Shown: one piece after another, positions 1-8,767 of the stretch
Position numbering within the stretch: position 1 is the stretch's first letter
Layout: the number at the start of each line of letters is the position of its first letter
DNA from: Dehalococcoidia bacterium
GTDB taxonomy: Bacteria; Chloroflexota; Dehalococcoidia; GIF9; AB-539-J10
Assembly: GCA_030615625.1 (NCBI GenBank)
Contig: JAUWYX010000007.1
Location: forward strand, 5,327-69,326
DNA: 64,000 nt
Reading direction: 5' to 3'
Notes under the pieces: generated by a model
Database searches by the model: none
The model's input: the letters and a program-made list of their open reading frames with translations, nothing else
Told to the model about the DNA's origin: nothing
Position numbers and translations under genes: made by a program

Positions 1-1
1 A

Positions 2-70
2 CCCCTGGAAGTGACCATTTATGATGCCCAAGGCAAAGAGCTTAAAAAACTGAGCCAGGGTATCTCATAG
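2..70 (+). CDS. C-terminal fragment of a [NiFe] hydrogenase large subunit (MvhA/VhuA/VhuU-like tail), truncated by the window edge
   Basis: Frame 2 reads PLEVTIYDAQGKELKKLSQGIS*, resembling the cleaved C-terminal extension of group 3c large subunits. It lies directly upstream of a hydrogenase maturation protease. Confidence 0.55.
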   Translation, partial: PLEVTIYDAQGKELKKLSQGIS

Positions 71-89
71 CAAGTTTTCGCAAATCGAA

Positions 90-545
90 ATGAAAACCCT
101 GGTTTTGGGCTTGGGGAATCCTATTCTCTCCGATGATGGGGTGGGGATCAGGGTGGCCCAAGAGGTAGGGGAGAAGCTCAAAGATCCCCAAATAACTGTA
201 GCTGAAACAAGTGAAGCTGGCCTTAGCCTTTTAGATTCTATTGTAGGCAATGATAAGGTTATTATCATTGATGCCATCCAAACCGAGAAAGGGCAAGCAG
301 GACAGATATATCGTATGGGGGCTGAAGACTTCTCTCTCACCAAGCACCTTTCCTCACCTCATCAAATAAATCTAGCTACCGCCCTGGAATTGGGCAAGAT
401 GCTCAACTTAGCCATGCCCCAAGAAATCACTGTATTCGCTGTGGAAGCCAAAGACATTACTAACTTCAGCGAGAAATGCACACCTGAGGTAGAGCAAGTA
501 ATTCCCGAAGTGGTTAAGATGGTGCTGAAAGAATTAAATGAATAG
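90..545 (+). CDS. Hydrogenase maturation protease (HyaD/HybD family)
   Basis: Motifs VLGLGNPILSDDGVG, IIIDA and SPHQ. Confidence 0.93.
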   Translation: MKTLVLGLGNPILSDDGVGIRVAQEVGEKLKDPQITVAETSEAGLSLLDSIVGNDKVIIIDAIQTEKGQAGQIYRMGAEDFSLTKHLSSPHQINLATALELGKMLNLAMPQEITVFAVEAKDITNFSEKCTPEVEQVIPEVVKMVLKELNE

Positions 546-705
546 CATAATCAATGGGGGGAAATTGGTGGCTTATTGCCGCGACAGGCATGTAAAGAGA
601 TTTTTGACTTTTACCATTTACCCCTAGCATAAGATATATTATTCCAGAACTTTTGCGAGGTAAGAGTCTGATGTATGGCAGTTTACAAGAATAGAGGATA
701 AAAGT

Positions 706-1365
706 ATGCTTACAGTTTGGGAAGCAATAAAAATGAGACGCAGCATCCGTAAATTTGTCCCGGATGATGTCCCGGAAGATATGGTGACCAAGATGCTTGA
801 AGCAGCCAGACTGGCACCATCGGCAAGCAACCGTCAGCCGTGGCGCTTCCTGGTAGTGCGAGACAGAGAAATCAGGAAGCAACTCAGCCGTATATGCCTG
901 GGACAGCGATTTATCGAGGAAGCACCGGTAGTAATTGTCTGCTTCGGTGATTTTGAGCGATACTCCGACATAGCCAGGAAGAAGAGACGACAGGAATCTG
1001 TGGATGCAGGAGTGACGAATACGGCATCAGGTCGGTTTGCTGATCCTGAGTTTATTGCCTATATATACTCTTTACCTGTTCCACCTCGCGAGCAATTGAT
1101 TACGCCGGTGGTGGCGAATACTTATATTGCTATTGAGCATCTAGTGTTGATGGCTACGGAGCTGGGGTTAAGCACCTGCTGGGTAGGGGCATTTGAGGAC
1201 CCTGCTGAGATAAACCGCTTGTTTGGCCTGGGTGATACGTTATTGCCAGTGGCCGTAATACCGGTAGGCTATGCTGCCGGGGAGATTCCTCCACCTCGGC
1301 CGCGGCTTCCCCTTGAGGAAATACTGGTCAAACCACGGATGCACGCTGCGGGCAGAGAAGAGTGA
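706..1365 (+). CDS. Nitroreductase family protein
   Basis: Motifs RRSIRKF, APSASNRQPWRF and LGLSTCWVG. Confidence 0.92.
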   Translation: MLTVWEAIKMRRSIRKFVPDDVPEDMVTKMLEAARLAPSASNRQPWRFLVVRDREIRKQLSRICLGQRFIEEAPVVIVCFGDFERYSDIARKKRRQESVDAGVTNTASGRFADPEFIAYIYSLPVPPREQLITPVVANTYIAIEHLVLMATELGLSTCWVGAFEDPAEINRLFGLGDTLLPVAVIPVGYAAGEIPPPRPRLPLEEILVKPRMHAAGREE

Positions 1366-1396
1366 AGCTGGAATTGTCTAAGGTTGTTCCTTCATC

Positions 1397-1855
1397 CTAT
1401 CCGCCAGCGACATAAAGCCCGCTTTTACCTCCACTCTTCCTCACCAGGCGAATCTCTCCAATGGTCATACTTCTGTCCACTGCCTTACACATGTCATAAA
1501 TAGTCAGAGCACTTACAGATACCGCTACTAGCGCTTCCATTTCAAATCCTGTTTTCCCTACTCCCTTAGCGCTGGCAGTAATCTCAACAAAATTGCCGTT
1601 TTTAGGCAGATAAAATTCAACTGCAATGTGGGTGAACTGGAGAGGGTGACACAAAGGTATAAGATGGTGAGTTTCTTTTGCGGCCATGATTCCAGCTGTT
1701 TTTGCCACGGCTAAGACATCTCCTTTTTCTAGTTCCCCTTTACGGATAAGTTTTAAGGTAGCGGGCTTCATCTGCAACTTACCTTTGGCTACTGCTTGGC
1801 GTTGTGTTTCTCTTTTCTGTGTAACGTCTATCATGTGAATTTGCCTTGACTCCAT
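1397..1855 (-). CDS. moaC: Cyclic pyranopterin monophosphate synthase MoaC
   Basis: Motifs LIPLCHP, GKTGFEMEAL, LTIYDMCKAVD and KSGGKSG. A GGAGG SD precedes the ATG at 1855. Confidence 0.96.
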   Translation of the reverse strand: MESRQIHMIDVTQKRETQRQAVAKGKLQMKPATLKLIRKGELEKGDVLAVAKTAGIMAAKETHHLIPLCHPLQFTHIAVEFYLPKNGNFVEITASAKGVGKTGFEMEALVAVSVSALTIYDMCKAVDRSMTIGEIRLVRKSGGKSGLYVAGG

Positions 1856-1857
1856 TC

Positions 1858-2835
1858 TCAACCTCCAATCTGCGACATTTTTCGCTTCACCAGCCTGACA
1901 TTGCTTCCCTCTAAATGATGATGCTCCGGCTTAAAAGCAACTGCCTTCAGAATCAGACGTTTTAGCTCCTCCATCGAAGCATTATTGCGTAGCGGCATTT
2001 TTAAGTCAATCTCATCTTCTCCCAGAAGGCAAGGGCGTAGTCTGCCATCTGGAGTAAGTCGCATACGGTTACACCGGGAGCAAAAAGAAAGCTCGGTGAG
2101 CGGACTGATGAAGCCTATAGTGCCCTTGGCTCCAGCCAAGTGATAATACATAGCAGGTCCGTTGCCAGTTATGGACGCACAAGACTTAAGCTTGCCAAGC
2201 AAACTAATATGTTGTCGCAATTCGGCGGAAGATACAAACTCTGCTACACCCTTGAAGGGCATAAGCTCGATGAATCGGACATGACATCTCTCTTCATAGG
2301 TCATCTTGGCAAAATCCAGTATCTCATCGTCGTTTATGCCCCGCATGACCACTGTGTTTATCTTGACCGAATGGAAGCCAGCTTCCTTTGCTGACTCGAT
2401 GCCCTCAAGAACATTTTTCAATTTTCCAAGACGGGTTATGTATTGAAATTTATCGGCTTTAAGCGTGTCCAGACTCACGTTAACTCTAGACAAGCCTGCT
2501 TGCTTAAGTTCCAGAGCATAGTTCTTCAGAAACATCCCATTTGTCGTCAAAGACAGCTCTTGAATTCCCTTTATTTGAGAGAGCATCTTAATAAGCTTGG
2601 GCAACTCAGCTCTAACCAGGGGCTCGCCACCAGTGAGCCTTATCCTGTTGATGCCCAGCTCTGCCGCTGCTTGGACGACAGTACGAACCTCCTCGTAAGA
2701 AAGAATCTCGCTATGTGGCATCTGGGGGACACCTTCAGGTGGCATACAATAGAGGCAGCGCAGGTTGCAACGGTCAGTAACTGAAATCCGGAGGTAGTTT
2801 ATGCTCCGTCCGAAAGAATCAAGAGGTCCAGTCAT
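1858..2835 (-). CDS. moaA: GTP 3',8-cyclase MoaA (radical SAM)
   Basis: LRISVTDRCNLRCLYCMP, C-terminal CSRC-x13-C and terminal IGG. Start placed at MTGPLD, which overlaps the tupC stop (ATGA). Confidence 0.96.
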   Translation of the reverse strand: MTGPLDSFGRSINYLRISVTDRCNLRCLYCMPPEGVPQMPHSEILSYEEVRTVVQAAAELGINRIRLTGGEPLVRAELPKLIKMLSQIKGIQELSLTTNGMFLKNYALELKQAGLSRVNVSLDTLKADKFQYITRLGKLKNVLEGIESAKEAGFHSVKINTVVMRGINDDEILDFAKMTYEERCHVRFIELMPFKGVAEFVSSAELRQHISLLGKLKSCASITGNGPAMYYHLAGAKGTIGFISPLTELSFCSRCNRMRLTPDGRLRPCLLGEDEIDLKMPLRNNASMEELKRLILKAVAFKPEHHHLEGSNVRLVKRKMSQIGG

Positions 2836-3920
2836 TGGCGAATTTCCTTTTCCATAATATGCACCCCGGTAGCTTTGAAAGTAGCATAGACTTCCCTGCC
2901 CTCTTGTAAATTCAATTCTTCTGCTGATATTTTGGTGACTAAGGCTACTAGGCGGAAGCCACAATTTATTTCCACCCGGCTAAGGGGGCCAAGAGTGGTT
3001 ACTCGGCTAACCTTGGCCTGAAAGGAATTCCTCGCCGAGCTTTGGGTGCTGGATAAAGCTAGAGTGATATCTTCAGGCCTGATGCAAGCATATACTTCCT
3101 TTCCCACGGGGTAGTTAGAAACTGCCTGTATGGCATTGCCACCTATATTTACCATGGCTATACCTTCGTTGTTTGCAATTATTACGCTTTCTATGATGTT
3201 CTCCATACCGACAAAATGAGCCACCTCTTCGTTTTGGGGTGAACGGAATATGTCGGTGACATTGCCTGTTTGAACAAGTCTGCCATCAAGGAGCACCCCT
3301 ATCCTGTCAGCGAGTTGCTGCCCTTGAGACATATCGTGCGTTGCCATTATCATGGTAGTGTTACGTTGCCGGGCAACGTATGAAATTAGCTGCGCAATCT
3401 TTGCTGTGGAAATAGGGTCAAGGTTAGCTGTCGGCTCGTCCAATAACAACACCTCAGGTTCGAGCACCAGGGACCTGGCTAAAGCTACTCTCTGCGCCTC
3501 CCCACCAGAAAGTGTCCGGGCGTTTCTATTCTCATAGCCTTTTAACCCAACCATTTCCAGAATATGGTCAACTTTCTCGGCAGTCTTGTTCTTTCCCTCT
3601 CCCCTCCATCTTAAGCCACAGGCAACATTGTCGTAGACACTCAAATTAAATACCTGAGGTTTCTGGTGTATAAATGACATCCGACGACGTATCTCCAATC
3701 TTTGTTTCCCCGACCGGGGGATGCACTTGCCATCAAAATAGATTTCCCCCGCGCCAGGGACTTCCAGAAGGTCTATAATACGTAAAAGCGTTGTTTTGCC
3801 CGCCCCGGTGGGCCCGATTAAAGCAAACACTTCGCCTCTATCAACGCTAAGGTTGATATTCTCCAGTATCGCCCGCTCACCATATCTGTGGTTTAGTCCC
3901 GTTACTTTTATTAAAGACAT
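2832..3920 (-). CDS. tupC: Tungstate/molybdate ABC transporter ATP-binding subunit with C-terminal TOBE domains
   Basis: Walker A GPTGAGKT, LSGGE and LLLDEPT, a TOBE-like C-terminus (FKAT), and operon position. Confidence 0.85.
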   Translation of the reverse strand: MSLIKVTGLNHRYGERAILENINLSVDRGEVFALIGPTGAGKTTLLRIIDLLEVPGAGEIYFDGKCIPRSGKQRLEIRRRMSFIHQKPQVFNLSVYDNVACGLRWRGEGKNKTAEKVDHILEMVGLKGYENRNARTLSGGEAQRVALARSLVLEPEVLLLDEPTANLDPISTAKIAQLISYVARQRNTTMIMATHDMSQGQQLADRIGVLLDGRLVQTGNVTDIFRSPQNEEVAHFVGMENIIESVIIANNEGIAMVNIGGNAIQAVSNYPVGKEVYACIRPEDITLALSSTQSSARNSFQAKVSRVTTLGPLSRVEINCGFRLVALVTKISAEELNLQEGREVYATFKATGVHIMEKEIRQ

Positions 3921-3923
3921 CTC

Positions 3924-4610
3924 TTACCTCTGCTGCAACCTATTCAAGACAATGTTAATGATGAGCGCCAGGAATAGAAGAATTATGCCTAGCGCTATAG
4001 CTAGTTCCAGCTCACCCTTACTTGTCTCCAGATATGCCGCTGTAGTCAACACCCTGGTGACGCCCTTGAAATTTCCACCGATCATCAGAGCACATCCAAC
4101 TTCCGATATGGCTCTGCCAAAACCCATTATCACAGCAGCCAGCACGGCATACCTTGCCTCCCTCAGCACGAGCCAGATGGTCTGAAAGCCGCTGGCACCA
4201 AGCGATGTAGCGGTATCCACAATCTCCTTACTTACACCGCTCAACGCAGAAATGGTCAAACCAAGCAGTAAGGGAGTGATTAATATCATCTGGCCAATCA
4301 CCATGACAGTGGGAGTGAATATTATGCCAAGGACACCCAGTGGCCCGGCCCGGGAAAATAGCACAAAAACAAACAAGCCCACAATAACAGTGGGCACGCT
4401 GAACAGCGTCTGGATGATATTTGTTAAGGCCCTTTTGCCACGGAACTGATGGAAGTGTATTAAGCTCCCCAGTGGCAGGCAGATCAGAGAAGCCAGAAGA
4501 CAGGCGGTCCCCGAAATCCTCAAGGACCTCCCGGCTATCTGCATTACCTCGGGGTCGAGGGATATTATGAGTTCTATGGCCTTGGTAAGGCCGTGCCATA
4601 TTTCAGTCAA
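3924..4610 (-). CDS. tupB: Tungstate ABC transporter permease
   Basis: Motifs FGRAISEVG, GGNFKGVTRVLTTA and LETSKGE are typical of TupB. Confidence 0.9.
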   Translation of the reverse strand: MTEIWHGLTKAIELIISLDPEVMQIAGRSLRISGTACLLASLICLPLGSLIHFHQFRGKRALTNIIQTLFSVPTVIVGLFVFVLFSRAGPLGVLGIIFTPTVMVIGQMILITPLLLGLTISALSGVSKEIVDTATSLGASGFQTIWLVLREARYAVLAAVIMGFGRAISEVGCALMIGGNFKGVTRVLTTAAYLETSKGELELAIALGIILLFLALIINIVLNRLQQR

Positions 4611-4633
4611 TTGCTCCTACCTGCTTTAATATG

Positions 4634-4765
4634 CTATTTCTTGGCACAGGCTTCGTACTTGCCGGTGCAGGTAATCTTGTCAGCGCAGTTAGGGCAGAAC
4701 TTCCAGTCTGACCTTACCTCAGCACCGCACTTCTTGCACTTCACTACTGCTGCTATGACTGGCAT
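4634..4765 (-). CDS. Small (43 aa) Cys-rich zinc-ribbon protein
   Basis: MPVIAAVVKCKKCGAEVRSDWKFCPNCADKITCTGKYEACAKK, with an AAAGGAGA SD upstream of the ATG at 4765. Confidence 0.7.
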   Translation of the reverse strand: MPVIAAVVKCKKCGAEVRSDWKFCPNCADKITCTGKYEACAKK

Positions 4766-4790
4766 GTCACATCTCCTTTCCTTAAGATTA

Positions 4791-5690
4791 TTACTGGCAA
4801 ATCGCTGGATCACAGGGGTAGAATAGCGGTTCTCCATAATCTGGCACGCCAAATCCGGCGATTAAAGCCTGGATTTCAGGTGCTCTGAGGAAATCTACCA
4901 GATTTTGAGCCATCTCAGGATTGCTACCGTTCTTGCAGATGATCACCGAGTAGACATTGAGCAGGATATTCCCTGTGTCTACCAAGGATACCAAATCCAA
5001 GTCGCCTTGGTAAGCAAGGAAGGTTCCCTTGTCTGTCAGGGTGTAAGCAATTTTCTCGTTAGCCATAACCAGTGTTGCCCCCATGCCTGACCCAGCTTCG
5101 ATATACCAGCCAGCGGTCGCTCCAGTTCCTTGAATATCCTCTGTATAATTATAGCCGGCTGCTGCCCAGACGGCTTTTTCTTTGCCGTGAGTTCCCGAGT
5201 TATCCCCTCGAGAGACGAATTTGACCATCTCCGGGTCATCCTCCCCCACTTGCTGGATTTTTTGGAAGCCTTCTTCTGGACTCAAGCCACTAACGCCTGC
5301 GGGGTCAGCCTCAGGGCCTACGATGATGAAATAGTTATAAGCCCAGGGGACTCGCTCCACACCATATCCTGCTGCTTCAACAGCGTAGCCACCGGCTATA
5401 AATGCTGCCTCTTGAGAGGGGTCATGGACGGTAACCACATCCACATCACCCCTTTGACCTAATTCCAAGGCCATACCGGTGCCTTTAGCTGTTATCTGCA
5501 AGTCGACGTCGTATCTTTGCTCAAATAGGGGCTCCAGAGCATCCCACAATTCGGTGTCGTCAAGGCTGCTAGTGGTTGCTACCCTTAGTCCTGCGGGAGC
5601 AGATGTCATTACAATGACACTAATGATTATGGCAACTGCTATGACAGCCACTGCGATAACTTTCGTCTTTATACTTACCTCCAGAGTCAA
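4791..5690 (-). CDS. tupA: Tungstate ABC transporter substrate-binding protein; the true start may be ATA at 5672
   Basis: N-terminal hydrophobic anchor and motifs ATTSSLDDT, GTGMAL, FVSRGDNSGTH and YTLTDKGT. Confidence 0.88.
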   Translation of the reverse strand: MTLEVSIKTKVIAVAVIAVAIIISVIVMTSAPAGLRVATTSSLDDTELWDALEPLFEQRYDVDLQITAKGTGMALELGQRGDVDVVTVHDPSQEAAFIAGGYAVEAAGYGVERVPWAYNYFIIVGPEADPAGVSGLSPEEGFQKIQQVGEDDPEMVKFVSRGDNSGTHGKEKAVWAAAGYNYTEDIQGTGATAGWYIEAGSGMGATLVMANEKIAYTLTDKGTFLAYQGDLDLVSLVDTGNILLNVYSVIICKNGSNPEMAQNLVDFLRAPEIQALIAGFGVPDYGEPLFYPCDPAICQ

Positions 5691-5731
5691 AAATACTTCT
5701 GCTTAATGAATTAGCGAAATTGCGACACGGT

Positions 5732-5803
5732 TTAAAGGAAGCAACAAGCGGGAATAAAAAAGCACCGCCACAAAAACGGTGCCGTCCAAAAACCAAGCTT
5801 CAT
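5732..5803 (-). CDS. Putative 23-aa leader peptide downstream of the Moco riboswitch SD
   Basis: GGAAAGGAGGGATT-ATG followed by MKLGFWTAPFLWRCFFIPACCFL*. The ORF spans the terminator hairpin. Confidence 0.45.
   Translation of the reverse strand: MKLGFWTAPFLWRCFFIPACCFL
5755..5782 (-). terminator. Intrinsic terminator in the tupA leader
   Basis: Minus strand GCACCGTT-TTTG-TGGCGGTGC hairpin followed by TTTTTT. Confidence 0.75.
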
Positions 5804-5805
5804 AA

Positions 5806-5918
5806 TCCCTCCTTTCCTAGCACGGGAGGCACAGACATTTCTATCTGTGCCCTCGAGGCTTTTTAGCCTACCGGCTGCTTGCCATGGTTATTCTTTAGGC
5901 AAGACAGCTCGGAGAGAG
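5806..5918 (-). ncRNA. Molybdenum cofactor (Moco) riboswitch motif
   Basis: Minus strand CTCCGAGC..CCTAA..ATGG, a GAAA-capped P4 (GGCACAGATA-GAAA-TGTCTGTGCC) and CCTCCCGT..GGAAAGGAG. This matches the architecture of the E. coli moaA leader and lies upstream of tupABC-moaAC. Confidence 0.9.
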
Positions 5919-5937
5919 CTAATAGTCAGTCTTGGAT

Positions 5938-5966
5938 ATTGTATCAGGGACTCGCTAAGCAAACAA
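5938..5966 (-). promoter_or_regulatory. Sigma70-type promoter for the Moco leader
   Basis: TTGTTT-17 nt-TACAAT with an extended -10 TG. Confidence 0.5.
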
Positions 5967-6017
5967 GTGCCGCATATAGATATAGATACAGAAGCGACAG
6001 CCGGGTAAGTGAAAAGA

Positions 6018-6662
6018 TTATGCCTCTTCTGCTTCTTCACTTGGCGCAGCCTCTTCGGGAGCTTCAACCGCCTCCTCCGCCACCTCTTCTTCTATCTTTT
6101 CCACAGGTCGCGAACTAATTTTCACCACAACCAACTCTGGGTTGTTAAGAACGGTAATATCTTTATCTAGGGCGACATCTTTGATGCGTATCGTTTGCTC
6201 CGGCTCAGTGAGGGAACTGATGTCCACTTCCAGGCTAGTGGGGATTTTTGCTGGCAAGCACTCTACAGTCAAAGTCCCAAGCTCATGCTCCAGCATATAG
6301 GTTTTAGACTTCAAGGCTGGCGCTTCTCCGACTAAGACAACAGGAACCTCTAACTTTATCTTTTCCTCCATTTTTACCTGATAAAAGTCTACATGGAGCA
6401 ATTGTCCCTTCCGCCAATCTCTATCAAATTCGCGAATCACAATGGTCCTTGGCTTCTTCTCCTTGTCGAGCTTGAGGCTAATAAGCCTTGTCTGCCCAGC
6501 TTGACCTAACACTCGCTCAAGTTCACCAGTGTCGCACTGTAGTGCTAGAGACTCGATGCCGTGCCCAAAAAGATGCACCGGAGTAATTCCCTGGCGGCGC
6601 AAATGCTTGACTTTTTTACCGAGAATCTCCCGGTTGGTAACCTTTAACTCTATTTTGTCCAT
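6018..6662 (-). CDS. rplY: 50S ribosomal protein L25/Ctc
   Basis: Motifs LRRQGITP and LLHVDFY, a C-terminal beta domain and an acidic tail. Confidence 0.95.
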   Translation of the reverse strand: MDKIELKVTNREILGKKVKHLRRQGITPVHLFGHGIESLALQCDTGELERVLGQAGQTRLISLKLDKEKKPRTIVIREFDRDWRKGQLLHVDFYQVKMEEKIKLEVPVVLVGEAPALKSKTYMLEHELGTLTVECLPAKIPTSLEVDISSLTEPEQTIRIKDVALDKDITVLNNPELVVVKISSRPVEKIEEEVAEEAVEAPEEAAPSEEAEEA

Positions 6663-6846
6663 TCTATTTTTCCAATCATACCAGACAAGGCTTCCCTCTG
6701 CAAGAAACTGGGCTCGTTCATCTGAGTAGTGATTCGAAAAACCTGCGCTTTAAAAGGGTAATTATGATCTATGCCTACACTGTAGAGAAGAGGCATGAAC
6801 AAGCTATGGCAACTATAGGGTTTTCTATCGTGTTTCAACAAGCCTT

Positions 6847-7770
6847 TCAGGCGTTTTGTGCTAAGTACTCCAAAACTTGCTCCAAGTCCATAGGTAAGGG
6901 CGAGGTGAATTCCTGGTATTGCTTAGTTGATGGTAGACGAAAGCCAAGGCGATAGGCATGAATAAATTGCCTGTTAAGATGAGCCGATTTTATTCCATAA
7001 GTGGGGTCACCGACGACCGGACAGCCGATGGCTGACAGGTGTATTCTGATTTGATGTGTGCGCCCCGTTAGTGGGGTGACTTCGACTAAAGTGTAGGTAT
7101 TCAGGTATTTTCGGACTTGATATTGGGTAGTAGCCTCTTTTCCTGCTTCTACTATCGCCATTCTCCGTCTACTATGAGGGTCTCGCCCGATAGGTGCTTC
7201 AATTATCCCCTGTTCCGGGGATAGCCTTCCTTTAACAAGGACAAGATATCCTTTGGTTACAGTGCGGCTTTTGAACTGTGCGGCTAGATATTCTCGGGCA
7301 AAGTCGTTTTTGGCAATGACTATGAGCCCCGATGTATCTTTATCTAGTCTGTGAACTATGCCTGGGCGCATCAGCTCGTTGCTCATGGCCAGGCCGGGGC
7401 AATGAGCTAGGACAGCATTGACTAAAGTATGGCTGGGATGCCCCGGGGCAGGGTGAACTGTCAATCCAGCAGGTTTATCTATGACCAATATGTTCTCATC
7501 TTCATAAATTATGGCTAAAGGGATTGGTTCAGCTAAAGGACGGACTGGTAGGGGAGGAAGCTCGACTGTTACCCTATCGGCTTTATTTAGCCGCTGACTC
7601 GCTTTTGTCCTTTGCCCGTTGACTAAAACACAACCTTGCCCAATTAGTTTCTGCAAATAAGCGCGCGAGAATTGTGGAAGAATCTGGGTTAAATACTTAT
7701 CAAGGCGGATGTTGGGAATAGGTGAGATGAATTGCAATGTCTTAATTTTGGGGTCTGTGGTTGTGTTCAT
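6847..7770 (-). CDS. rluD: RluA-family 23S rRNA pseudouridine synthase (S4 domain)
   Basis: RLDKYL S4 domain and motifs [16 protein letters not shown] and TGRTHQIR. Confidence 0.92.
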   Translation of the reverse strand: MNTTTDPKIKTLQFISPIPNIRLDKYLTQILPQFSRAYLQKLIGQGCVLVNGQRTKASQRLNKADRVTVELPPLPVRPLAEPIPLAIIYEDENILVIDKPAGLTVHPAPGHPSHTLVNAVLAHCPGLAMSNELMRPGIVHRLDKDTSGLIVIAKNDFAREYLAAQFKSRTVTKGYLVLVKGRLSPEQGIIEAPIGRDPHSRRRMAIVEAGKEATTQYQVRKYLNTYTLVEVTPLTGRTHQIRIHLSAIGCPVVGDPTYGIKSAHLNRQFIHAYRLGFRLPSTKQYQEFTSPLPMDLEQVLEYLAQNA

Positions 7771-8311
7771 GTGCTTTTCTAAATATCCCTGACTTATAAA
7801 AGTAATAAATGAGAGTAAAGACCCCCACCGTTATAGCTACGTCAGCGATGTTGAAGGCAGGCCAATGGAAGTTACCCCACAAACGGAAGTAAATGAAGTC
7901 AGTGACATAACCAAAACGGAGGCGGTCTATGAGATTGCCTACAGCACCGCCTAGAATCAAACCGATAGATACCATGCTCAGGGTAGTAGCTAGGGATAAG
8001 TAACGAAGAAACAGCAAGATAATGAACAAACTAGCTATGCTAATAGTGATGATAAGAAAGGTTTGATTGGCAAGTAAACCAAAGGCAGAGCCCGTATTTC
8101 CAATATAGATCAAACTTAAGTGGTCAGTTATGGGGAGCGATTCCCCAAGTGCTAAGTGAGCTCTGATCCATAGCTTGCTCAATTGATCTGAAGCGCTTAC
8201 CAAAGCAATGAGGATGAGACATAATGTTGCTTTCTTGATGCTGTCACGCAAAGACAGTTTCGAATTATCTTTGTCCACAACAAAGTCGCCGATTTTGTCG
8301 GGGCACAACAC
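7742..8311 (-). CDS. lspA: Lipoprotein signal peptidase II (start uncertain)
   Basis: Motifs DQLSK, NTGSAFG, GNLIDR, VTDFI and PAFNIAD. Confidence 0.95.
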   Translation of the reverse strand: MLCPDKIGDFVVDKDNSKLSLRDSIKKATLCLILIALVSASDQLSKLWIRAHLALGESLPITDHLSLIYIGNTGSAFGLLANQTFLIITISIASLFIILLFLRYLSLATTLSMVSIGLILGGAVGNLIDRLRFGYVTDFIYFRLWGNFHWPAFNIADVAITVGVFTLIYYFYKSGIFRKAHEHNHRPQN

Positions 8312-8324
8312 AGGCGAACGCCCT

Positions 8325-8693
8325 TTATCTTGTCCCTTTTGTTTCCTTTGCCTGCTGAGCCTTACAGTTCAAACATAAGCTTGCTTGAGGGATAGCTTCA
8401 AGGCGAGCTCGCTCTATAGTTTGCCCACAGGAATCGCACAATCCATAAGTGCCGTCTTCATATTTTTGTAAGGCATGCTCAACCTCATTAAGAGACTCTC
8501 CCAGCCTTTCTTCCAAGGCCAGTCTTTTCTCTAGTTCGGAGGCTTCATCGGCTCCTTCTTCCCTTTTGCCGAATGGACTGCCTTCCTTTCTCTCTGCCGA
8601 CGGTTGACCGAGAGCTCTCAACTGTTCCAGCTTCGCTAACAGCTCTGCTTTCTCCTTCTTTAACCTTTCATAAAGTTCAGCGGATTCTATCAC
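8325..8693 (-). CDS. TraR/DksA C4 zinc-finger protein
   Basis: [30 protein letters not shown], preceded by a coiled coil. Confidence 0.93.
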   Translation of the reverse strand: MIESAELYERLKKEKAELLAKLEQLRALGQPSAERKEGSPFGKREEGADEASELEKRLALEERLGESLNEVEHALQKYEDGTYGLCDSCGQTIERARLEAIPQASLCLNCKAQQAKETKGTR

Positions 8694-8767
8694 TTCTTGT
8701 TCTCCCTATGATTTACAGCTATCCGACACCAAAATTCCACACGAACTGTGTGAGACTTGCAGTTCTA

